Part shown: one piece after another, positions 28,401 to 43,400 of the stretch
Layout of the letters: every line of letters starts with the position of its first letter
Numbering within the stretch: the stretch's first letter is position 1
NCBI GenBank assembly: GCA_028534125.1
Contig: CM052816.1
Coordinates: 31,126,001 to 31,190,000, forward strand
Source: Lama glama
Taxonomy: Eukaryota
Direction of reading: 5' to 3'
Length of the DNA stretch: 64,000 nucleotides
Notes under the pieces: generated by a model
What the model was told of the DNA's origin: nothing
The model's database searches: none
Seen by the model: only the letters and a program-made list of their open reading frames with translations
Translations under genes and position numbers: made by a program

Positions 28401-31400
28401 GAGAAATACAAGAATCAACCAGCTGGTTAAAAGGTACTGCAGGATGTGAACACAGCACATACAAGAGCCTGGAGGAGAGGAAAGTAAGATGAAAGTGCAG
28501 GAGAGGATAGAGGTGGTGCCAGAGCATTGCTCCCACTCTGAGGAACTGCCTAAAACCCCAAGAGGTGGTCCAGAGATGCACTGTTGTAAAGACTGGGTAT
28601 GGTGTTTGGACTTTATCCTCAGGGCCATATGAAGCCACAGAGAGGTTATAAAGAGGACAGTAACTTGATTCAGATCTTGCTTTGGAAAGATCCCTCCAGC
28701 CTCAGTGTGGAAGATGGATTGGAGGAGGCAAGAGGGAAGGTGGTGGTGAAACTAAGTGAGGCTGTTGTGGCTGAGATGGTGATGCAAACTCAGGAGAATA
28801 AGGGGGGTGGGAAGTAGAGATAATAAAGAGATGACTGATTGGATGGAGATGCTTTCACAGAACAGGATATCAAAAATAGCTCTGAACTTGTCAGTATCCA
28901 AATAAAGACAAATGGGAATCTTCTTGCTTAGACAAGGGTCATCTTGAGATCTTTTAGCCACAGACGTGACAGAAACTTGGTCTCCCTGCCCAGACTCCTG
29001 CTGCCTCCCACTCTCAAAAAGACAGGTATCCCCTCTGGGACGCATGAGTGGGCCGAGGCTGGTTCCTGTTCCTTCAGTCCCTGTGCCTCCTTAGCTAGAA
29101 GGCTCGAGCTGCAGAGCACCTGGCTCCCCAGTGTTCAGGAGGCCCGAGCTCCCAAATTTTTACTCCCTGCTTTCTTCACCATCTGCCAGTATAGGCTGAA
29201 TATATTTTTTCCCCTAAGACTCAACTAACCTCTCAGAGGAACAAAATCCATTTACATGATACCCTCAAATTAGAGAGAAAAAACACTGAACAACTTTCTG
29301 AGCTGAGTGGCTCAGACAATTTTAAGACCATTCCATGCAGATCTACAAGAAATAAAATGTTTACATATTTCCTCAAGGATCATATTATGTTCACACATGA
29401 TCCAATCTTATAATTCACAGATGGGACCCCCAAGTCCTAATCCAATGACTCACAGCTAAAGAATATTTTTTTTAAAAACCAACAAATCTTACTGAAGGGA
29501 GCTGGACTAACTCACGCAAGCCTGCTAAAAGAATGCAGGACACCGCACTGCACACTAGTGTTGAGAGTGGAAAGGCCAGAGAGAAGGCAGAGTCTGGAGG
29601 AGGTGGGCTGCTGCTGAGTGCCCAGGAGGCAGCTAAAGCCTGGGAGCTCGCTGAGCACCTGCTGGGCATATGGCACGTGCAGAGACAGAACAGACAGGCT
29701 TCTGTGTGTCCAGGAAGGTGTAGGACATGATGATGAAAAGCCAGTGCACCTAACTCCAAAATAGCAAAAATAGCAAAGTGTCCATGGGACCCTCTGATCT
29801 CAGCCCAGGGCCCCCATAATAGGAAACTGAATGCACTGTAAGGGAAGATGCCTCACCTGTTTTTGGAAGAGGGTAACTGATATTAAATAAATCTTCCAGA
29901 AAAGAGAAGATGGGACCTGTGATGTTCAAAGCAAAGTCTGCATCTCCGTCTGCAATGGCATCTTTCCGGGCCCAGATGCGTATCTAAACAGAAACAATTA
30001 AGCAAGAATTAGGAAAAGCTGTAGTGATTTTGGAACGTGGCCACCTGCTGGCTCCAATTCCCTGATGCTCTCGAGCCAAAAACTTTTCAGAAGAAGCTGC
30101 ATAATAAGATGTTTAAATGTGTCCATGCAGTGAGAAAAGCCCAGAGAAAAGGCTTTTGACTAAGTTGTGAACAGTGGGCCCCCAGACAGCATGCTATTTC
30201 AATCTTCTGCAATAACATGTTAAACTTCGAACGATACCTACCCCCACAGAAAAGGAAGATTCCGTGTTAGAGTGCAAGGGCCCCTTGGATCCTTGCTTCC
30301 CTTTTCAGGACGTATTTCCAATGATTCAAAACAGAATTGTGCAGTTAGTGGGGCTGAAACGGTATGGAACGTATTAAATAGCTTTGAGTCATGCAAATTT
30401 AAAATGGTTTGTTTGTTAACAAAATCTTGAATCATCCCATCTTATTTTCAAAACTTGCAATAAAGTTAATTTCCTTAATTTAAAAAAAGTTCATCGAAAG
30501 TCTTATGATTTTATAGTTGTTGAAGCAAGCGAATTACAGTCTTTGTTTATGACGCGCCCACGTTTGCCACGTTTTGTTAGCTTCATGACATAACCCATGC
30601 TGCTGTCTGGGTGCCTGAATTTGTTTGTGTGATTTTGGTGACTAATTTGATGTTGTTTTAACATCCATTGTTATTTTAATATGAAATCACTGTATCCCCT
30701 ACAGCAGTACCATCCGAGCACGTTTAAATGGAGTTGCTAGTGTTAACGCCAAAGAAAAAATATGTATGAGACACAGTGACCCTGGAATGAAAATTAACGA
30801 CGAGGGAGTTAAGATGATTGTCCTGATGTAAGTACAGGGAATTTGAGAAAGAACTTCTCTGCAAAACAGAGAAAATGCTAAGACAATGAAAAGCAGCACA
30901 ACAATATGTGCAGACTGCCGCGCTCCAAGAACATGTTCACCTGACTCCGCTTTTGTTTCTGCTGGAAAATTTGTCTTGAATTGTGTGACTTTTGAATTAC
31001 GTGAGGTCTTCAGGAACGCTCGCCTTTCACAAAATGCAACCACCTGTGTTTGAAGAATCCCTTCCTGCCTTCTGGCCTCCCTCGTGCTGCTCATTATCCC
31101 GGGAGCTACACTTCCCTGCCCCTGCTCAAGCTCTAACCTCCGAGGCAAAGTCAGACATCTAAACCAAAGCCCACACCACTGAGCGGAAATGACAGTCACC
31201 TCTCCCCTCGGTCAAGACAATGTGTGCACAGTAACTGCAGCCTTTTGGGAAATAAAGGCAGTAACAATTCCTGTTTGTACCTAAATTTTCGGTTTACAAA
31301 GCTCTTGCCATAAACTACCATTCTTTAAGCTGAGAGGAAGGCAAATGATGAAAAGTTCAAGCTGGGGGGGGGGGGGCAGGCAGGGGAGGAGAGGCAGGGC

Positions 31401-34400
31401 AGCAAGGATCACAAACAGGTGGGGAGTATTTTGGAGATGTGGTCATAAAGTTCCTTCAGAGTCACATCTAGCCCACCATTGTGTCCCAGTGGTCTCCCGA
31501 GACCCAGGGGCCTCAACATCTAAGAGATTATCTTTACACATGCCCATCTGTGCTAAATTCTACTCAAAAATGTTATTTCCAACCTTAGTTATGTGTTTCT
31601 GACGTTTACCTCCCTGCCAAGCATGAACCACATTTTCAACTTTGCTATATTTTAATATATTTTTCTCTCTTACTTAATGAGTCATTTTTGTAGCGTCTGG
31701 ATGCTATTCCAAGAGTACATTCTGATTCCCCCCTTAGAGTATATGGTGGACTCCTTCACTTCCCTAGAGCTGAGCCACAGCCAAACGCAACATTCCACTG
31801 ATAAACTCATCCCAAATTTCAGTTTTCTGGCTAAGACCATTACTTTCTTAGGCATATTCCATTTCCTCTTTGCTTCTATGGCAGCTGGCTTTCTTTCCAG
31901 GGTGATCTTTCATGAAGAAACAGACATGATCCTTTTATAAGGCTTATTCACTGTGCAGCAGCATTGAGAGCAACAAGCCACTGCAATGTGGCTGCTGACA
32001 GCCACCTTGGGTCACTCATGAGTTCCGGGCCCACTCCTTCATGCCAGGTACAAAGCATAGGCTTCCAAATCATCCCTGAGGAGATCGATCAGTACACGTC
32101 ATGAATGTTTGACTTGGCCAGTGTTGTATCTGCGACTGTTAAGGATCGACTAAGTGATTACTCAATAAGGGAAATCGGGCTGGAGCCAACAGCCGAGGAA
32201 GATAATGAGCTGTGGTTTGCATCCAACACAGTGTTATTAACTCATCCTTCAGAGGAGGACCTTTGGGTGATTCTCCCCTGGTGATGGACTTGGCTCAGCC
32301 ACAGCTTCCTTGTCTCCACAGGTCAGTGACACAAGCCTCGAAGATCTTGGGTCCAGGAGAGAGCCTCAGCCAGCTGTGAAACCGATCTGACCAGAAAAAT
32401 CCCGGCCTGAAGCACTGGCCTTACTTACATCCACACTCTAGTGTCGGGAGTGAACCGGTCCATAAAGCACTGCTACAATAACCTGGATATTTCCGCTAAG
32501 CATTATTATGTAATGAGGCATAATTGGGTGAAACTAGGTGTTTCAAAACAGAGGCAGACTCACAGACATAGAAAACAAACTTACAGTTAGCAGGGGAGAA
32601 TGGAGGTGGGGAGGGATAAATGGGGAGTTCGGGATTCGCAGGTTCTAACAACTACATATAAAATAGATAAACAACAAGGACCTACTATATAGCACAGTGA
32701 ACTATATTCAATACTTTGTAATAGCCTATAAGGAAAAAGAACATGAAAAGGAATATATGTATGTATACGCATAACTGAATCACTATGCTGTACACCAGAA
32801 ATTAACATAACATTGTAAATTGACTAAACTTCAATTTAAAAAACAAAAACAACAAGCCTCGGTGTCTCAGGACCGAGCACCTACTTACACAACTGGGAAA
32901 GTGTTCACGCCCCAGAGCTGAGGAACCCAGCAGGCCTGCTCCTTGAAAGGGCTGATACTTAACCTGCACGCATTTCAGCCGGAGCGGTCGGTCGTCCGGG
33001 CTGGTGTCAGTCTGGGGTGTTCGGTGTTCACACCACAGTGGCTGGTAGACATTTAGAGCAGCACCCCAGCTTCAAGGCCGCATTAACACGTAGGCGAGGA
33101 AGACATCAGGTAAACCTGAGCTTCAAGGGGCAGTGTGGCCGCTTTCCCTGTTCTCTCCTGTGCTCTGACAGACAGCGACAGCCTGGGAAGAAGGGGCTCA
33201 GAACCCGACATGAGGGGGCCTAATGTGCAGCCTTTCCATAGAAACCCCCCACAGAGCCGCAGTGGGAGCTGCCGCGTTCCAGTCTGCAACCCCACGCTGA
33301 GGGCTTTAACAGGGCTGGGGGGAAGTCGGGGGAAGTCAGATCGAGACCCAGGAGGGGACGATGGGGTGATAGGCATAGGCCCTGGTGCAGAAGGAGTGGA
33401 TGGCAGCCTACAGCCAGTACAAACATCCCCATATACCTGGAGAGTCTCCCCCACTCACCTCCTTGCCCCTCTCAGTCCTGCTGACATGCTCACAGTCACA
33501 GACAGCAAAGGCGGTTAAGTAAGTGGGCATGAGGGGCGTGGTGTAAAAGGTGGTGACAGTCCACTTGCTCCCATTCACATCTTCTTTTTCAGACTGACCT
33601 ACAGAAATTGATTTTAGTCCAAATCATTGTAGATAAGCAATAATTAGCAATAACATCTAAGAAAAACCCTTGAAATAATTTGTCAAGCCAACTGTCAGCC
33701 AACTGCTTCTTCCCAACTACTCCCCACAGTCCAGCAGTTTGGATTTCTCTACCCTAAGTCTTCAAAACCATGTTAGGAAAGGGGAGGGTATAGCTCAGTG
33801 GTAGAGGGTATGCTTGGCACGCACAAGGTCCTGGATTCAATCCCTAGTACCTCCATTAAATATAAACAAACAAATAAATAAACCTAATTACCTCCCCCTC
33901 CAAACAAAACAAAACACCATATTAGGAGGGTCTAAGGACAGTATCTTGGTCCTGAATTAGCACCTTGAATAATATGGTCTTGACTGAGGGCAACTCTGAG
34001 CACTGTAAATTAGGCCTGTGATCTGCCTCCTCTCTTCTCCATTCACTGCTGTTTCCTAGGCCAGCCCAGTTCTCACAGCACTTAATCTAGAGCTTCCCAG
34101 GCCCACGGTAGGTCAACAAGGCACAACTCTGGTTTCAGGCAGGTTGTCAGTGGAGGCAAGCTGGAGTCTTTAAGCCTGAAGTCACAAACTCAGATGCCTG
34201 TGAGGGCCGGGTACTTGACGTGAACCGGGCCGCTACACACTAACAGGAAGTGGCGGGGAGCGTGGCAGGCGGGGACAGGCTCAGGCTGCAGGGGGCAGCC
34301 TCTTCTCAGCTGCAACTACCACTGGCACATAGGAAGGGCAGGTCCAGTGTTGTCAGATGTTCTGAGTGTCCAAAAAAAGTAAGAATTTTGATTTCTATGA

Positions 34401-37400
34401 GAAATCTCTGAATTTTTTAAAGTCAGATACTAATTCATGAAAAGAAAAAAGTACTGTGAGCGAAAAACAAAAGAAACAAAATAAAACCCACATCTGTGTA
34501 CCACCCACATCTATGAACTGGTTCAGACTAAGTCCACTAGCTTGTTATCAGTAATGATCAACAGTTGAAGCCCAAACCAATGGGCAGACAGGCTGCCAAT
34601 GTATGAGGACAGAATAATGTCCCCAGCTCCTCATATATAAGAATCAGGATTTACCATCTCCAAGATGTTGGTGCTGACACGTCCCCTGTGACTGCCCTCC
34701 CCAGTTACAGCGTAGTACAATTATAATACACTCTCAACGCACTGGCTAGGAAATCTATTGATATAAAATCCAGTACAGAGATAAAAATATGTAATATACA
34801 TAATTAATATATAAAACATAAAAATACATACTTCAATAAAAATAATAATCTGTTTTGATTTAAAAAAAAGAGAGAGAGAAAGAAAGGAAAAGATAAAGAA
34901 AGAATAAAACTCTGAATTTTGCCACGTAGCACCCTTCTGGGCAGTATTTGCCAAACATGAATCACTCAATTAATGCGCCACTTTTCTGACCTTTGCCGTA
35001 TCTGTGTTCCATAATACAATGATCTACTTAATGTGTCTTGGAAATTAACTTCCTTTAAAAGCTTAACCTCTTTTAGCCTTGTTTTAAAGTTATTCAGGAA
35101 ATGAAAAAAGTAAGACAAAATAAAAAATACAAATACAAATATATAAACATATATTTATATAAACATACATCATGTATAATAGTTATATATGCATATGTAT
35201 ATGTGTGTATATATATATAAAACAATACGAAACATTACTTACCTAGCTTTGGCATGTTGGAAAGGGCCACATAACTTGGATGATGAATAATTGTAATATT
35301 AAAAGTTGCCTTCAGAGCTGGCTCATCAAAACAAGGGAAAACACTCCTGGCAAATGTTGGTTCCATCTGAGATGCTAACAGGGCCCTGAAATACATTTTT
35401 AGAAAAACTGATTTATTTTTATCTCAAACCAGTGGAAGCAAAAATATATATATATGTATATGTGTATTAAGGGATTATGGCTTATAATTATCTGCAGGCA
35501 AGAGCTGGAATGTTTCCCCCTCACCTCCTGGCTCCCCCCGAGTAATACAAACACACTCCAGTTCTCGCTGCACCTTAGAATTCCTGTAAGACCTAAAATA
35601 CACAAGAACTCTTTAATTTTCAACCGCAAAAAAAAAAAACTTCATTACATCATCTGCCTTTTACAAACAAAATAGGAAAAAAATACAACAAATATGCAAT
35701 ACCAGGCTTTTGAGAACCAAGGAATTTTTAAGCTAGAATTACTTCTTTAGGGAGGATCTATGGCTTTCATCCTCCACTACAGTGCAGGTCAGATGAAGAA
35801 TGTCTACATTTTTGTCTTTCTTGCGTGTTCTCCCTTTTTCCTGGTTGAACACTTCACAAAAAATTTTATCTTGCACACCCTTGGAGCTGAACAATATGGA
35901 TACGTGCCAACTGAACAAAACAACTTTCATTTACATATGGGTAGGTTTATCAGGTCCATACTGCTCCTTGCCCCATCTCATGGGAATATACAAAAAGTGA
36001 CATTATCCCACCATGCACTGGTGATTTATAGGGAAAATTTTAGGGACAAGAGTACCCTGAGCAAACAAGGAGTTGCCAGTTCACCCTCTATAAACCCTGC
36101 CCGAGTCTGGCAAAAGCATGGGTCCTAGAGAACAACTTTCTCCTCCCAAGAAATCTGCGGGCTCATGATCCCATTTTCCAAGACTCTGTGACCTGGGAAC
36201 TGTTTTTAGATGACAACTGTGGATGCTAAATTCCTCTCTTCTCCTAAGGTCCTGAGACTTAATGTCTCTCATGTGTTTACTCTTGCTTCAGACCCAGTTC
36301 TGAGATAAACAGAAGGCGAATTCAGCAAAGATATCTTGAGACTGCGGTCCATCCATCATCCACCTCTCTGAATCCCCCTCCACCACGATAAGGGCCCCAC
36401 TCATGTAAAACTTCACACAGCCTTAGGAAGAACACACAGAACAGTAGGCATGTTCAAAAGCTTTTCACAGGCAGCTCGTTTGATGTGCTCATAACCTCAC
36501 TGGGACAAAACTGTTATTCTCCACAAGCCTATTTTGTCCTATTTGCTTTTCCCCACTTTATTATACTCTTGCTTTCATGGGCTGAATGGAGGCCTGTGGG
36601 CTCTGACACCAGCCACTTTGGCTACAAGACTCTGCTCCACCTAATACTAACTACTGAGCAGTCCTGAACCACTCACATAGTTTTGCCGAGCCTCAGTATC
36701 CCCATCTAGAAAATAACGACACTAGTTACCGCTTCTCGTAGGAAAGGTACGTTTCCTAACTTTTATATTATTAGTAATTAATTTAGCAATAAATGACCTT
36801 TGAATTCTCCTACATTCCTTCTAACCTCACAGATTGTTCTTGGTACAGATGAACTGCAGAAGAATTCAAGGGGGGATGAGTTACAGAGTAGGGGCAGGGG
36901 GAGGGGTGGAAATCACTAATTACAAACGCATTTTAAAAGGTTCCAGAGATCACAGTTGGCCACAAGCTGAATATAACCTATGTTTGTCCCCCAAATTAAT
37001 TTTAAACTACCAGAAATTAGGGGTTATGTGTTTTTTTCTTGTGTATTATTTAAAATATTTAGCAAAAATATAGGTTCATAGCAATTGTGTAAATATTTTC
37101 TCAGCCTTGGAGGTACTGTAAAGATAGCTTGATACTAGTATATACAAAAGAATATGAAGTATTTCTGCATAGTTTGTTAAACTGGCATTCATTTATTTTG
37201 TAGTATTGGTTGCTATCTTTAAAAGGGCTGGGATAAAGTAGAGAAAATTTAAGCAACTGACAACATAATAAAAAGAAAAATGAGCAGGGAATTCGGTGAC
37301 TTGAGTTGTCACTCAGGCTCTGCAGTGTAAACATAATGGTGTCACTTTGGGAAAGTTGCTTAAACTCTCTGGATATCTGTTTCTAAAAAATGCAGGGATG

Positions 37401-40400
37401 AGACTAGATGATCTCTAAGTCCTCTTAGAACTCGAAAACTGATTCCAACAGAGATGAAGCCTCCAACAGGACGGAAATAAGAGCCCATGAGGTGGCCATG
37501 ACTGAGTCATCTAGGATTGGAAGAAACAGGCCCTTGGGAGTTTATTATACATGGCCTTGGGAAGATCTATGAGCCTTCTGAAATCACAAGACACTTGGTA
37601 CAAATGGCGCTCTGTTGGCATGAAAAGTGCAACGTAAAGTAGAAAAGCACGTTCAATTATATAATATGTGTTCATACGTTTGGAAAGTCAACAAATGCCT
37701 ATTGTTTTTGTAAAGGAAACTATAGAAAGTAATGCTTGATAACATCTTCTCTGCTGCCATGACTTCCCAAAGCACATGAATCTTGGGGAGGTTGCAAGGT
37801 GGGGAGGAGGGAGAAAATCAGACTGTTTAAGGAGGTGGGAAACGTTCATGTTCACCAAAGCGGGTACAGGTTCAAAAAGGCTAGGGGACACCAGCTTAGA
37901 CAGTTATTGCTTTAACAGATCAAGCATCAAGCAAGTCCTTCCAATTCCATGATTTAGATCTCCAGAGAAGTGAAATAAAAGAAACTCTTGGATTTTACTC
38001 AACTATTTCCCTCCCTGGTTTTATACAAACAAACAAAAAGGGAAAAATCCCTACAATACACAGCCTCTCTGGCTCTCAGTCTTAACTGCAAAGGTCAGGG
38101 CCAGCCAGCATCAAACACAATCGGTGATGCCACATCGGGACCCATGACTGTTTCTTATTTCCCTTCTCTCTCTGTGTTGGACTCAAACAACCCTGTAAGA
38201 ATATCCTGACCTCGGAAAACAGAACCATCCACCACCCTCTCTTTCCTTCAAACCTCACTGTTAACATGCTATTACAGTGCCTGTGAAGTCTGGGTTTAGA
38301 GTGGTCAGCTGGTGAGGGAGTTAACTGGGGAGAATCCGTCTCCTAGTGGCTCACTATTGCAAAGCCACTTTCCTGCCCCCTCGTACAGCCAGAGAATGTG
38401 GGGCTCTCCACCTTCTTGTGCTGGAGGAGGTCTTACCAGGCAAGACACAATGCCCTTGGGGACCTACTTACTACCATCTAAAAAGTGTCCATTCAGTAAG
38501 GTATTTCATTCCAAATTATCTTGTAAACTCCATATGCCTACAGCTCTGGTTAAGAAGCGCTAAATGCCATAGCTAGTCAAGGATGAAGTAAAACTCTTTG
38601 GAGACTTGTCCCCCCACCACTAATTTTTTGTAACACAATAACAACACTCAGAAATGAAAATGTTTAGTAAAGACAGATGTTACATCACTGGACTGTGGTT
38701 CAAAGATTGGCCTATGAATCATGTTTGTTTATTGCTTGTGTAATAGGATCTTAAAACCGAAGTTTCCACCAGACAACAAAACATAATGGATGTAAAATTC
38801 CAAAGAAAGGTGCCAAACCATGTCACGAAAATTTTGAAAGTAAATGGCCTTGAGAACCCCTGGGCTCCTCTTGGGACTCTCAGCTCCAGCAAGGACATAG
38901 CAGAAGGGTCAGGGAACATAGACAAAAGAGATCAGAGAGACGATTCCTTGGTGGAGAGCGACATTATATTGCCAAGCCCTCCTGCCCTCAGAGGTTGGGA
39001 GGAGGTGTAACTCTTTAACCCGGAGCTGGCGGCAGAAGGTCTCTCGGAAAGCAGTGGAGGGTTTCCTGAGGCTGAGAGGCTTAAACGCTGGTGCCTAATT
39101 CACTCTTCTTTTCCTTTCTTTCTTTTTTTTACATTGAAGTATAGTCAGTTTACAATGTTGTGTCAATTTCTGGTGTTATAGCACATTGCTTCAGTCATAC
39201 ATGAATACACATATATTTCCATATTCTTTTCACCATAAGCTACTACAAGATATCGAGTATAGTTCCCGGTGCTATACAGTATAACCTTGTTTTTCTATTT
39301 TATATGTACCAGTGAGTACCTGCAAATATCAAACTCCCAATTTATCCCTTCCCACCCCTTACCCCACCAGTAACCATAAGTTTGTTTTCTATGTCTGTGA
39401 GTCTGTTTCTGTTTTATATATAAGTTCATTTGTCTTTTTTTTTTGGATCCACATGAGTGACATCATATGGTATTTTCCTTTCTCTTTCTGTCTTACTTCA
39501 CTTAGAATGACATTCTCTAGGAGCATCCATGTTGCTGCAAATGGTACTATTTTATTATTTTTATGGCTGCGTAGTATTCCATTATATAAATATACCACAT
39601 CTTCTTTATCCAGTCATCTGTCAATAGACATTTAGGTTGTTTCCATGTCTTGGCTATTGTAAACAGTGTTGCTATGAATATTGTAGTGCATGTGTCTTTT
39701 TGAATTAAGGTTCCCTCTGGACATATGCCCAGGAGTGGGATTGTTGGATCATATGGTAAGTCTATTTTTAGTTTATTGAGGACTCTCCGTACTGTTTTCC
39801 AGAATGGCTGCACCAAACTACATTCCCACCAACAGTGTAGGAGGGTTTCCTTTTTTCCACACCCTCTCCAGCATTTATCATTTGTGGACTTTTGAATGAT
39901 GGCCATTCTGACTGGTGTGAGATGATACCTCATTGTAGTTTTGATTTGCATTTCTCTGATAACTAGTGATATTGAGCATTTTTTCATGTGTCTTTTGGCC
40001 ATTCGTATGTCTTCTTTGGACAATTGCTTGTTTAGGTCCTCTGCCCATTTTTGGATTGTGTTGTTTGTTTTTTTCTTATTAAGTCATTTGAGCTGTTGAG
40101 AAAGTAAAGAAACAATCTCTTTTAAAATTGCACCCAAAGTAATAAGATATCTAGGAATAAATCTGACCAAGGAGGTGAAAGACTTACACATAGAGAACTA
40201 CAAAACACTGATTAGGAAATTAATGATGGCTTAAAGAAATGAAAGATATCCCATGCTCCTGGATTGGAAGAATCAATATTGTTAAAATGGCCATAAGGTC
40301 GAAGGCAATCTACAGATTTAATGCAATCCCTATCAAATTACCCAGGACATTTTTCACAGAACTAGAATAATCATATTAAAATTTATATGGAATCACAAAA

Positions 40401-43400
40401 GACCCATAATTGCCAAAGCATTCCTGAAGAAAAAGAATGAAGCTGGAGGAATAACCCTCCCAGCCTTCAGACAATACTACAGAGCTACAGTAATCAAAAC
40501 AGCATGGTATTGGTACAAAAACAGACATATGGATCAGTGGAACAGAATAGAGAGCCCAGAAATGAACCCACAAACTTTTGGTCAATTAACCTTTAACAAA
40601 GGAGGCAAGAACATACAATGGAGTAAAGACAGTCTCTTCAGCAAATAGTGTTGAGAAAACTGGACAGCTGCATGTAAATCAATGATGTTAGAATACTCTC
40701 TCACACCATACACAAAAATAAACTCATAATGGCTTAAAGACTTAAACATAAGACAAGTGAAAATAAATCTCCTAGAAGAAAACATAGGCAAAACATTACC
40801 TCACATACATCTCAGCAATGTTTTCCTAGGGCAGTTTACCTAAGCAATAGAAATAAAAGCAAAAATAAACAAATGGGACCTAATTAAACTTAAAAGCTTT
40901 TGCACAAGAAAGGAAACCACAAGCAAAATAAAATGACAACCTATGGAATGGGAGAAAATATTTTCAAAAGATGAGATAAGGGCTTGATTTTTCCTAATTC
41001 ACTCTTGAGAAAGCTGAGATTGACCATGGCTGGAGTTGAACTCCTAACAGATAGGAATTTTGCTGACTGTTTTGGAGGCAGAACCAGGAGAGGGCTGCTT
41101 TCATGGGACCCACGTCAGCCCTGCGCAAGGGATGGATGAGTGTTCCTTGGAAGAGCTGTGGGCCCTGAGATACAGAATGAGCCAGTATGAAGAATGTCTT
41201 GGGCTCTGTCCAGCAAAGCCACCTGGAGGAGCTTTGGGATACACTGCTCTATGTCTAGGGATTGAGGAAGGAATTACAAGTGACCATCAGAACAGAGAAA
41301 TGAGAGAAGCATCCTGCAGGGACAAGAGAATTACAGAAGAAAGAGAAACAGTGAGAAAACTCTGAAGAGTCCAGGAAAATGACATCTCAAGGGAAAAGGC
41401 TTCTGCTAGATCAGAGGGAGACCAAATGATGAGAGTACTGGTTCAAACAAGAACTGCCCTGTGTGTCACTTCTACCTGTCTCCCCCAGTCCCACTGGACC
41501 TGATAGGGTTGAAACAACAGCTCTCAAGATGGAAGAGAAGGACTAGAAATAGGAGGTGGAGAGATGGAAGGACCACTACCCTCTACCTTACTGCAGACCT
41601 CTATCCTGAAGTCAGCCCAAGCTTGAAGAAGTGAGGTTGGAGGGAGAGAAAGGGAGATTTAACAGTAAATTAAGTTCAACATTCTGAGTATCACACAGGA
41701 CTGGATATTCTAAATTTTTGCATCTGAACAGTATTTGTAACTTAGTGACCATAGATCATCTGTTACCTAAGAAGTAGCAGGAAATTATGGGCTGGTGGAG
41801 TATTCATGCAGGAGCAGGAAATATTACCCCAGAGGCTAAATTATAAAAGGACAGTAGGAGAAAAATGATGGCATTTTTACTGAACTATGTATGAGGTGTG
41901 CTTTTTCAATATGCTAGTTACTCTTTTTTTTCAAAAGATACAGGATCTAAACCTCTGATGAGCAAATAACCTCCCAGAAAAAAACTGGTCAGCCACATGA
42001 AGTACATGGGCTCAACACTTCTATAGGATGGTGAACTGACCTCTTTTCTCTGTGACACCAACGATATCATGTGCCTGGCACTTGAGTTCACTGAACTTGT
42101 TTTGAGACTTTGAAATTCTTTCCTAATATTACTCAAATTTCTCTCTTGTGTGTCATACCCTGAGGACTGTGCCAGGTTTCCTAGCATAAACAGTGACTGG
42201 AAGAAAGTCTTTTTCAATTCACTGCTCACTCTTTCTACACCTGCACAAAATGATTGGTTTAGATCAGGCTGTTCTCACCTTAATTTGTCCCAAATAATAT
42301 TTTAATTTTCTCCAGCCATTTCATATTAACCAGTCACTCCTACCTCTTGAGTTTTCTGTTTTCCTTTCTCTAAACATTTCTACATTTTCCTTATCTTTTA
42401 TAAAGGAAAATGCATGATCAGAAATGCAAGAAGTATTCCTAAAGGATACTTACAGTAATAGGACTTAAACTTTCTATCTTTCATTGAATTTCAAAATTGG
42501 AAGAGACCTTGGAGAGTTCCCCATGTTAATTTATAGATGTGAACACTGATGCCCTGGGAATTTATGCAAGTGATTAGGTAAATAGTAAGAGGTAGGGATG
42601 GTACCAGAACCTTGGCTCCAGCTCCCAAGCCTGGGGTCTTTTCCATGCACTGCCTGCTTTGAAGTATATAATGTAATAAATACTAAAATTAAATTAACAT
42701 ATCATGAAGCTGATTGAGGATTAACTTTATAATTAATAGCATTACCAGATAGGGAGATAATAAGACTTCTGTTTTCTACCATGGATGGATAGTATAGGCT
42801 AGAATTAGTCTTTCGGTAACAACAACTAAAAAAAATCTAACAAAGTAACTGTTTTCAGACATTAGATAACAGGACTATGGTTCCCAAGGGAAGAGAAACA
42901 AGCAAGATGAACTCGATAATCATCCTGTCTTTCTACCTGGAAGTAATTTCTAAACTGCAGCACAGGGAAAGGGAACTGAAGTAGAGTTCTGGTGTCTCAC
43001 TGAGTTGACGAGACAGATGGATACTCAGAGAGACCTAGACAGCTAGAATTTGCAGGCTATAAAAAAGGAGGTAGCCATGCAGGGAAAGCCATCCAGAAAC
43101 CTGCAGAAACCAGAATCCCATGCAAGTCTTTGGTCAAATATTAATTGGCACTTCTGGAGGTCAAGCAAAGAAATGCTGTCAGTAAAAGAACAGCTATGGG
43201 GTGGAGGGGGAACTGAACAATTCCCAGAGGTCACATAGTACTAGGAGTTGTTCAAGCTTCCACAAGCCAGAGTATAGACATCTCCAGAATATTCGGATTT
43301 TTAAACAGAGATCAGAAGGGTCATGCCTAAGTAGTGAGCTAAGTAGCCCTACAGTAAAGGCGGCTTCAGATCCACTCTCAAAGGGCTCAAACGCAAGCCT

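Noticed and set aside
33781..33855. tRNA-like sequences (also at 46280, 48823 and 24170)
   Set aside because: They have A-rich tails, mostly with TSDs, and I could not fold a clean cloverleaf, so they are SINEs rather than tRNA genes.
39547..40023. 158-aa ORF with Cys-rich motif
   Set aside because: It is the C-terminus of L1 ORF2 in a truncated insertion, not a host gene.
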